From positions 207,137 through 271,136 of the forward strand of contig CAVYZT010000013.1 of assembly GCA_963773045.1 (NCBI GenBank): a stretch of 64,000 nt of DNA, written 5' to 3'. The stretch comes from an uncultured Acidobacteriota bacterium (lineage in GTDB: Bacteria; Acidobacteriota; Vicinamibacteria; Vicinamibacterales; UBA2999). The translations under genes and the position numbers were made by a program. Shown here one piece after another: positions 18,512 to 26,613 of this stretch (position 1 is its first letter; each line of letters starts with the position of its first letter). The notes beneath the pieces were generated by a model. The model was not told the origin of the DNA. It did no database searches and saw only the letters and a list, made by a program, of their open reading frames with translations.

Positions 18512-20360
18512 ATGACGCTCCGCACACGCCTGATCGGGACCTTCGTGGTCATCCTCGCCGCGCTGGCCGGCCTCGGCGCATGGAGCGCCTGGCGGCTGTG
18601 GGACATGGGTGCCGTCTCCAACCGCATCATCGCGGACAACTACGGGTCGGTCGTGGCCGCCCAGCAGATGAAGGAGAGTCTCGAGCGCCAGGACTCGGCG
18701 CTCCTCTTCGCGCTGGTTGGCGAACGCGATCGGGCCGAGCGGCAACTGGCAGAGCATCGGGCGCGGTTCCGCGCCGCGTTGGCGGTTGCCGCCGACAACA
18801 TCACCGAGCCCGGTGAATCGGAGATCATCGCCGCGATCTCGAAGGCAGAGCCGCAGTACGCGGCGACCATCGACCGGCTGATGGCCGCAACCCTCTCTCC
18901 CGCTCCCGGCAAGAGCGTGCGCGGGTATTTCGACGAGGCCGAGCCCGCGTTCAACCAGCTTCGCGCCGACAGCGACGCCCTGCTCACCTTGAACCAGGAG
19001 GCGATGCAGCGAAAGGCCACCGACGCGGCGACGATCGCCCGCCGCAATTTCACGGTGGCGGTGACGCTGGCCGTGATCCTGACCCTGGCTGGCGGCCTGA
19101 TCGCGGCGGTCGTGGCCGGCGGGGTGCTTCGTCCCATTGGCGAACTGACCCGTGCGACGACGGCCATCGCGGCCGGTGAGCTGGATGTCGCCGTTCCGGT
19201 CCGGCGCGACGATGAGATTGGGCGGCTGGGGCAGGCGTTCAACGACATGGCCGGGCGGCTGCGCGAAGTGCGCGAGTCGAACCTCGGCGAGCTGCTGATG
19301 GCGCGGCAAACCGCCGAAGCCGCGATCGATTCGCTCTACGACCCGGTGATCGTCACCGACGCGCAGGGCCGGGTCACGCGGCTCAACAACGCCGCCGAGC
19401 CGCTGTTCGGGCGTGAGTCCGACGCGCACGGCCGCCCGCTGGCTGAGGTGGCGCGCGATCCGCTCGTCGCCGACGCCGTCAGCGAGGTGCTGAGCTCGCA
19501 GCAGGCCGTGGCCCTCGAAGGCGCGGCGGCGACTTTCACCGTGAACGTGGCCGATACCGAGCGCAGCTTCAGGCTGCGTTCGACGCCGATGCGCGACTCG
19601 CACGGACAGCTGCTGGGCGCCGTGCTCCTGCTCGAGGACGTCACGCATCTTCACGAAGTCGATCGCCTGAAATCGGAGTTCATCGCCGCGGCCTCCCACG
19701 AGCTGCGCACGCCATTGACGAGTCTTGAAATGGGGCTGCACCTCGTCCTCGAAGATCCGAGCAATCTCACCGCGCGCCAGCAGGAGATTCTGTACACGTG
19801 CCGCAGCGAAAGCCGGCGGCTCGCCCGACTGTCGACCGACTTGCTCGATCTGTCGAAGATCGAGTCGGGTCGGACGCCCCCGCGACTGGCGAGCGTTCCG
19901 ACCGCCGCGCTGGTGCGCAGCGCCATCGAGCCGCTCCGCCTGCAGGTCGAGGCCCAGGGGCTCGGCCTCGTCGTCGAGGTCGAGCCAGACCTGCCGCCGG
20001 TGCTTGCCGACCGCGCCCAGATCGAGCGAGTTCTCGCCAATCTCGTGACCAATGCCGCGCGTGCGACTCCGCGCGGCGGCCGCATCACGGTCACGGCCGA
20101 CCTGCGGCAGGACTACATGGCGATTGCCGTCGCCGACACCGGCGTGGGCATCCCGGCGGAGTACCTGAGACGCATGTTCGAGCCGTTCGTCCAGGTGCCC
20201 AACGTCCCGGCTGGCGCCGGCGGCCTCGGTCTGGCCATCTCGCAGACGGCTCATCGAGGCGCACCACGGGCAGATCTCCGCTCAGTCGGCGCCGGGATCG
20301 GGCGCCGTCTTCACCTTCACGTTGCCGGTCGCACACGCGGCGGCCGAGGTGGAGACGTGA
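18512..20360 (+). CDS. Sensor histidine kinase (TM-4HB periplasmic-TM-HAMP-PAS-HisKA-HATPase_c) with an apparent 1-nt insertion near 20246
   Basis: H-box SHELRTPLTSL. N and G boxes present. After GLGLAISQ the conserved tail [28 protein letters not shown]..ET-stop is found only in the +2 frame (stop 20358-20360). Confidence 0.8.
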
Positions 20361-21061
20361 GAATCCTGATCGTGGACGACGACGGGCCGTCGCGCCACAT
20401 GTTCCGCTTTGCGCTCGAGGACCAGCACGAGCCGCACGAAGCCGCGGACGGGGCCTCGGCGCTCGAGGTGATGCGCGCGAAGGGGCCGTTCGATGTGGTG
20501 CTGCTCGACCTCAGGATGCCGGGGATGAGCGGCCTCGAAGTGTTGAAGCGCGTTCACCGGCGCTCGCCGCAGACCGCGGTCATCGTGATGACGGCGTACA
20601 GCTCGTTCGCCGTTCCGGCCCAGGCGATGCGCGCCGGCGCGACGCACTTTCTGAGCAAGCCCACCGATCCGAGCGCGCTCCGCGCGGCGGTGGCGGCGAC
20701 GCGCCGAAGGGTTGTGCCGCCGGACTTGGCCATCACGCTCAACGGATTTACCGTCGAGCCGTGGGGCGACCCGGCCCGGGTCGAACGCGACGGCTCGGTC
20801 GTGCACACGTTCCATGTGAGTCACGGGCTTGAATCATGGAACCGTGTCATGCAGGTACGCCTTGGACCACAGGCGCTCCAGCGCACCATGGCCCGAAACC
20901 AGGACAACGTCAGCACGGTTGCCGCTCAAATTGCGCGCCGTACCTTGGCGGACCACTTGTGGCGTGAGGGGACGTTGCCACCGAAGGAAGGACTGGTCGT
21001 CGACGAAGCGGATGCCTCGCTCGTTGCGGCGGTCGTCAGCGAGGCCGGCACCGCACAGTAG
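20357..21061 (+). CDS. Response regulator: REC domain plus about 110-aa C-terminal domain of unknown type
   Basis: GTG 20357 overlaps the restored kinase stop (GTGA). VRILIVDDD...VVLLDLRMPGMSG...SKP. The C-terminal half carries no motif I recognise. Confidence 0.75.
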   Translation: MRILIVDDDGPSRHMFRFALEDQHEPHEAADGASALEVMRAKGPFDVVLLDLRMPGMSGLEVLKRVHRRSPQTAVIVMTAYSSFAVPAQAMRAGATHFLSKPTDPSALRAAVAATRRRVVPPDLAITLNGFTVEPWGDPARVERDGSVVHTFHVSHGLESWNRVMQVRLGPQALQRTMARNQDNVSTVAAQIARRTLADHLWREGTLPPKEGLVVDEADASLVAAVVSEAGTAQ

Positions 21062-21076
21062 TGTCGGACGTTTTGC

Positions 21077-22000
21077 GTGGGGTATGACATGAGCCCGATC
21101 ACTCGCGTGCTTGGCGGCGCGGTCATGGCCGTTGCCGTTGGCTGCACCCAGGGCCCGACGACGATCCTGGAGCGGCTGTCCGAGGCGCGCGCGCTGGCGT
21201 CGGAAGCCATCGTGCAGTTGACGAAAGCCGCCGACGCGTCCAACTGCGCCGTCATGGCCGGCAGCGACGAGACCGCCGCAAGCTGTGTGAAGGAAGCCGA
21301 TCGAGCGAACGCTGCGGTCCAAACCACCACTGCGCAGCTCAGACCGCTCCTGGCCGGCCTCGGGTACTCGAAGGAATCGCAACTGCTCGATGAGTTCGAC
21401 GGGCGCTTTGCCGCGTATCGGGAGTTGGACCGGGAGATCCTGGAGATGGCGGTTGAGAGCAGCAATCTGAAGGCACAACGGTTGTCCTTTGGTCCGGCGC
21501 GAGAGCAGGCCGATGCGGTCGGCGACGCGCTCGGCTCGATTGCGCCGCTCGATGTCGCGAAGCCGTTGGCGACCGGGCCTGCCACTGGTCCAGGCGCGAG
21601 CGCCGCCGGGCGCATCAGTGCCCTTGCGGCGATCGTGATGATGTCGGTCCGCGAGATCCAGGCTCTGCAGGCGCCTCACATCGCCGAGCCGAACGACGCA
21701 CCGATGACGCAGATCGAGCAGCGGATGAGCAAGTTGGAAGAGACGGCCCGCGGGGCTCTTCAAGCCCTGGCGTCGACGATTCCGCCGCCGGCGCAGCCCA
21801 ACGTGAAGGCTGCTGCCGCGGCATTCGATCAGTTCATGAAGATCAATGCCGAGATTCTCAGTCTGTCGCGGCGAAACAGCAACGTCCGCGCGCTTGCCTT
21901 GACGATGGGCAAGAAGCGCACGCTGATCGCAGCCTGCGAGGAGAGCCTGCGCGCGCTGCAGGATGCGCTGGCCAAGCGCGGGTTCACTGGGACGAGGTGA
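21077..22000 (+). CDS. Probable lipoprotein with an all-helical four-helix-bundle (MCP N-terminal-like) domain
   Basis: Leader ..GGAVMAVAVGC. Long amphipathic helices ending ...SRRNSNVRALALTMGKKRTLIAACEESL, typical of 4HB_MCP sensors. Confidence 0.55.
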   Translation: MGYDMSPITRVLGGAVMAVAVGCTQGPTTILERLSEARALASEAIVQLTKAADASNCAVMAGSDETAASCVKEADRANAAVQTTTAQLRPLLAGLGYSKESQLLDEFDGRFAAYRELDREILEMAVESSNLKAQRLSFGPAREQADAVGDALGSIAPLDVAKPLATGPATGPGASAAGRISALAAIVMMSVREIQALQAPHIAEPNDAPMTQIEQRMSKLEETARGALQALASTIPPPAQPNVKAAAAAFDQFMKINAEILSLSRRNSNVRALALTMGKKRTLIAACEESLRALQDALAKRGFTGTR

Positions 22001-22078
22001 GCATCTGCTTTCGGCACTCTGCTTTCGGCCTTCGGCAAGAGAGCTGATAGCTGAAAGCTGAGAGCTGAGGGCACTCCT

Positions 22079-23939
22079 TTACAGTTCCACCTGAATGCCG
22101 ATCTCGACGACGCGTTCGGGGGGGATTCTGAAGAACGACGTCGCTCGCACGGCATTGCGAGCAGTGAAGACGAACAGCCGCTCGCGCCACAGCGCCATCC
22201 CAGGCCGCTTGGTGGCAATCAGCGTCTCGATGCCGAGAAAGAACGTCGTCCGGGCCATTCGGAACGGGAACCCATCCTTCGCCGCGTCCTTCAGCGCCTT
22301 CGGCACGTCCGGCTGCTCGGCAAAGCCGTACTGCAGAAACACGCGGTAGAAGCCCTCTTCCAGGGGTTGGATCTGAATCCGCTTGGCGGAATTCACGTGA
22401 GGCATATCGCTGGTCGTCACCGTCAGCAGAATCACGCGTTCGTGCAGCACCTGGTTGTGCTCGAGATTGTGGAGCAGCGTTGGCGGTGTGCCCTGACCGC
22501 TGCTCGTCATGAAGATCGCCGTGCCCGACACGCGGGGTGGCGGCTGCCACTTGATGTCCTTCATGAACCGCTCGAGCGGATAGATGAGCTCGTTGATGCG
22601 CGAGGCGAGGAGCGCGCGACCCGCTTTCCACGTGGACAGGACGGTATAGACCAGCGCGCCGACGATGAGCGGGAACCAGCCGCCATCGGCGATCTTCGTG
22701 AGGTTGGCGCCGAAGAATCCCAGATCGATGGCGAGAAAGAACCCGGCCAGCGAACCGGCGACGGCGCGCGACACGCCCCACGAATCGCGCGCGACGAGAT
22801 ACGCCAGCAGAGTCGTGATCACCATCGTCGACGTGACGGCGATGCCGTAGGCGGCCGCCAGCGCGCTCGAGCTGCGGAAGCCGAGCACCAGGCCGATGGT
22901 CGCGATCATCAGCGCGGTGTTGACCTGCGGGATGTAGATCTGCCCCTCGGTTGTCTCCGAAGTGTGCTCGATGTCCAGCCGCGGACAGTAGCCGAGCTGG
23001 ATCGCCTGCCGCGTCAGCGAAAAGGCGCCCGAGATCAGCGCTTGTGACGCGATGACGGCTGCGGAAGTCGCGAGAATCACCAGGGGAAAGAGCCCCCAGC
23101 GCGGCGCCATGTGATAGAAGGGCGACTCGGCCAGCTCCGGATGATCGAGCAGCATCCCTCCTTGACCGAGGTAGTTCATGAACAGCGCCGGGAGCACGAG
23201 CGTAAACCAGGCCACGCGAATCGGCTGGCGGCCGAAATGGCCCATGTCCGCGTAGAGCGCTTCGCCGCCGGTCACCACCAAAAACACCGAGCCGAGCACG
23301 ATGAAGCCGTGCCATCCATTGCCGATCAGGAATCGCGCTGCGTGGAGCCGGGTTGAGCGAGGCGAGCACGTGAGGATTCTGAACGATCCAGTACACGCCG
23401 AGCCCGCCGATGGTCAAAAACCAGACCACCATGACCGGCCCGAAGAACGTGCCGACTCGATGCGTCCCGTGGCGCTGAATGAGAAACAGCGCGAAGAGGA
23501 TGGCGATCGTGGTCGGGACCACGATCGGCTCGAACACGTCGGTCGCAACCGCCAGGCCCTCGACGGCGCCCAGCACCGAGATGGCCGGTGTGATCATGCC
23601 GTCGCCGTAGAGCAGGGCCGCGCCGAACAGGCCCAGCGTAATCAGCCTGGCGCGGCTGCGCCGCCGGGCGGCCGGCTGCTGCGAGACCAGGGCCATGAGC
23701 GCCAGGATGCCGCCTTCGCCCTTGTTGTCGGCGCGCATGACGAAGACCAGGTACTTGATCGAGATGATGAACGTCAGCGCGTAGAAAATCAGCGACAGCA
23801 CGCCGAGTACGTTGTCGTGTGTCGGCGTGATGCCATGCGCGCCATGAAAGCATTCCTTCAAGGCATAGAGCACGCTCGTGCCGATGTCGCCATAGACGAC
23901 TCCCAGCGCCCCAAGTGTCAGTACAGCGAGCTGTCGGCC
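22079..23939 (-). pseudogene. kup: Kup/HAK/KT K+ uptake transporter, disrupted (frameshift at 23345 and no in-frame start codon)
   Basis: N-terminal part LGALGVVYGDIGTSVLYALKE... lies in one frame. HAARFLIGNGWHGFIVLGSVFLVVTGGEALYADMGHFG... lies in another. Confidence 0.8.
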
Positions 23940-24108
23940 TGAGCGAGAGGACGGGTCGTGAGCGGAGGAGTCAGCCGTGTCAGACGGCTGAGCGGGCGAA
24001 TGATCTGCTGCGGTCTCGGCGTCGATAGAGGAACAGCTTACGCACGAACGAACAGTGGGTCAAACGAACATTGCGCGCTGGTTGGTGGCGCCTTCGAGGC
24101 GGGACTGA

Positions 24109-24156
24109 AGTCCCGCCCTACTGACGGACGACAGTCCCGTCCTACTGACGGACGAC
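24109..24156. repeat. 24-bp tandem duplication spanning the stop codon of the propeller gene
   Basis: agtcccgccctactgacggacgac / agtcccgtcctactgacggacgac. A GGGACTGAAGTCCC hairpin lies just outside. Confidence 0.8.
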
Positions 24157-25179
24157 CGCGGGTGAGAGGCCGCCGCGGATGAGAATTCGCTTCGCCTCGG
24201 TGGCGCCGGACGCAATCGGGCTCACCCACACGTTGACCGCGACTTCGGGCAAGCCCCGCTCTTCGGCAAAGTGATACAGCACGTGGTCGTTATCGAGCCA
24301 CTCGACCTGATCGTCGATGCTTCTTTCCTCGGCGGCGATCGGCCACTCCTTCATCGACTCGAGCTCCAGCACGTGCAGTCGCCACTCCATGCCGTTGGGC
24401 TGCCGGCTCTTGAACGCGATGTGCTTCTCGTCGGGCGAGAGCGACGGGCATTCGACATTCCGGCGAATGACGCGCATGCTCCGCTCGGTGACATTGCCTT
24501 CCACCAGGTAGATCGCTCCACCAGTGGCGAGCGTCGCGTAGAAGCGATTGCTGTCTTTCGTGAATGTCACGCCCCAGAAATTGAAGTCCACGGCCGAGAA
24601 TTTCTTGCCGTCGCGCCACGTCGTAAAGCGCTCCAGGTCGGCGAGCAGCTCCCCGGATTGCAGATTCACGATGTAGGTTCGCGTCGCGAAATCGCCGGTG
24701 TAGGTCTCACCGCTGACGAAAACCGTTGTTGCCGCATAACGCTCGTCTGGCGAGATGCGGGTGCGGCTCGGAAAGCCGGGCAGGTCGAACGTGAAGAGCG
24801 GCTTCAGGTCGCGATCGACGATGGTGCCGATGCCGGGCGGCAGCACGTTGACGCGGTTGTCGACGAGACAGACGCCGCGCTCGACGGCAAAGTCGATGCG
24901 GTCGCACTTGAGATCGGTCACGAATCGCTGATCGTTCGGAGCGTCGAGGCTGGCGATGACCACCTGCCCGAACTCGCTCGACTTCATGCTGCTGAAATAC
25001 ACATGCGGCGCCGACCGCAAACGTTCTGGCGACGTGCTGGACGCGGGAGCGCGACCCGGGCCGTTCGACGCATCGGACGGCACGCCGCTCGAGCCGTCGT
25101 CTCGTGAAGCGATGTAGACCCACGCCGATCCAATCGCGACGAGCGTGAAGATCGCGAACCCGGCGAATCGGGCGGTCAC
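24142..25179 (-). CDS. Membrane-anchored hypothetical protein, probable TolB/DPP-IV-like beta-propeller
   Basis: N-terminal TM helix. Repeated SPDE[RK]..A motifs (ISPDERYAATT, LSPDEKHIAFKS). GTGA overlap with the upstream MFS gene. Confidence 0.5.
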   Translation of the reverse strand: MTARFAGFAIFTLVAIGSAWVYIASRDDGSSGVPSDASNGPGRAPASSTSPERLRSAPHVYFSSMKSSEFGQVVIASLDAPNDQRFVTDLKCDRIDFAVERGVCLVDNRVNVLPPGIGTIVDRDLKPLFTFDLPGFPSRTRISPDERYAATTVFVSGETYTGDFATRTYIVNLQSGELLADLERFTTWRDGKKFSAVDFNFWGVTFTKDSNRFYATLATGGAIYLVEGNVTERSMRVIRRNVECPSLSPDEKHIAFKSRQPNGMEWRLHVLELESMKEWPIAAEERSIDDQVEWLDNDHVLYHFAEERGLPEVAVNVWVSPIASGATEAKRILIRGGLSPAVVRQ

Positions 25180-26387
25180 GGCCGTGGCTCCGCTTCCACT
25201 TCCGTCTGCAACCGCCGCAGAGCGGGTCCGGTGGCGATCAGCACGACCAGCAGGCCGATGGCGAAGACGCTCACCGCAGCCTGAATGTCGAGACGGCTCC
25301 AGAGCACTCCGAACGTCAATCCAGAGACGATCTTGCCGACATCATTGGCCGTTCCCACCAGCGAGAGGCCGGTGGCGCGCAGACGCGCGTCAACGACCGC
25401 GCTGGTGAGCGCGGCCACGACGCCGTCGGTGGCGGCGTAGTAGGCGCCCATGCAGCCAATGGTGAAGACCAGCGTGAACACTCCACTGGCCGGCACGAGC
25501 AGCATCGCGTAGACCGCCACCAGCGCCACGTATCCCATGATGACCACTGCGCCCCGGCCAATGCGATCGGCGGCCCATCCCACCGGCGCCGCCAGCAGCA
25601 TGTACACAGTGGGCGTGGCCACGTAGAGCAGCGGCAGGTACACCGGGTTGAAGTCGAGGCGTCGTTGCAGCACGAGATAGATGAAGCTGTCACTAAGCGT
25701 AGCAGCGCCGAGGCCGCCCACGCTCAGGACCATGGTTCGAATGCGGCGGTCGCGCCACAGGCCTCCAGCTCCCGCCTTTACCGGGCGCCACTCACCGTCT
25801 GATGGAACCTGAGGGCTGCGCACGAAGGCGACGAGGATGGCGACGCCAATCAACGCCAGTACAAAGCTGACGACGAACACGACGTCGTAGCCGTTGCGAA
25901 TGCGGGAGAGCACGGCAAACGCGACGATCGGCCCGAGCGTCGCGCCCAGAGTGTCGAGCATGCGATGTACGCCGAAGGCGGCCCCAAGACCCGCCCGAGG
26001 GGTGCTCAACGAAATCATCGCGTCGCGCGGCGACGTGCGGAGGCCCTTCCCCAATCGATCGGCAAACGTCAGCGCCGTGAGGCCGGCCGAGCTCCGTCCG
26101 ACGAGCAGCAGACCGAGCCGGCAGGCGGCGGAGGCCGCGTATCCCACGACGGCGACCGCCTTGTGCTGCCGCCATCGATCGGTGATCACGCCACCGGCCA
26201 ATCGCATCACCGAGGCGCCGCCTTGCTGCAGCCCGTCGATCAGGCCGAACGCGGCCGGCGACAACTGCAGGCTGAACATCACGTAGAGCGGAAGCGTGCT
26301 CGTGATCATCTCCGAGGAGATGTCGGTGAACAGGCTGGTCAGGCCAAGCAGCCAGACCGTCGGGCCGACGGTCGTCCAACGGAGCAC
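25176..26387 (-). CDS. MFS transporter
   Basis: 12-TM-like hydrophobic profile. MFS loop motif DRWRQHK. GTG 26387 chosen because the longer ORF reads through a dispersed repeat. Confidence 0.8.
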   Translation of the reverse strand: MLRWTTVGPTVWLLGLTSLFTDISSEMITSTLPLYVMFSLQLSPAAFGLIDGLQQGGASVMRLAGGVITDRWRQHKAVAVVGYAASAACRLGLLLVGRSSAGLTALTFADRLGKGLRTSPRDAMISLSTPRAGLGAAFGVHRMLDTLGATLGPIVAFAVLSRIRNGYDVVFVVSFVLALIGVAILVAFVRSPQVPSDGEWRPVKAGAGGLWRDRRIRTMVLSVGGLGAATLSDSFIYLVLQRRLDFNPVYLPLLYVATPTVYMLLAAPVGWAADRIGRGAVVIMGYVALVAVYAMLLVPASGVFTLVFTIGCMGAYYAATDGVVAALTSAVVDARLRATGLSLVGTANDVGKIVSGLTFGVLWSRLDIQAAVSVFAIGLLVVLIATGPALRRLQTEVEAEPRP

Positions 26388-26510
26388 GCGAGCGGAGGGG
26401 TCGGAGAGGAGGGTCTGGGTCTCGGGACTTCGCGTGGCTTGATACAGAGAAGCGCTCCTGGCGGAGGCTAGCGTGGGCGGGGGGACAGTGCAAGTGAGGA
26501 CCGGGCTGCT

Positions 26511-26588
26511 GTTGCCGAACGACCGATCGACTGATTTAGCGACTGTTGGGTGAAGTCGGTCGATCGGTCGATCGCTAATTTGGCAATG
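26511..26588. repeat. Minimal copy (two termini back to back) of the CGATCG-rich TIR element family
   Basis: gttgccgaacgaccgatcgactgatttagcgactg ... gtcggtcgatcggtcgatcgctaatttggcaat. Confidence 0.7.
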
Positions 26589-26613
26589 TGGAATTCGATC
26601 AGGCTCAGGCTCC

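Noticed and set aside
17924-20254. 776-aa ORF antisense to the kinase. Similar long antisense or off-frame ORFs at 12714-13895, 20834-21763, 49846-50937, 8706-9419, 67-1887, 21984-23873 (C-terminal part) and 31827-33062.
   Set aside because: These are Arg/Ala/Gly/Pro-rich low-complexity translations typical of open frames in GC-rich DNA. Each overlaps a gene with clear conserved motifs on the other strand or frame.
18512-21061. 849-aa ORF as a native hybrid histidine kinase-response regulator
   Set aside because: The segment linking HATPase_c to REC is out-of-frame nonsense. The conserved kinase tail and its stop are present in the +2 frame, with a classic GTGA overlap to the regulator start. 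This makes two genes plus a 1-nt indel.
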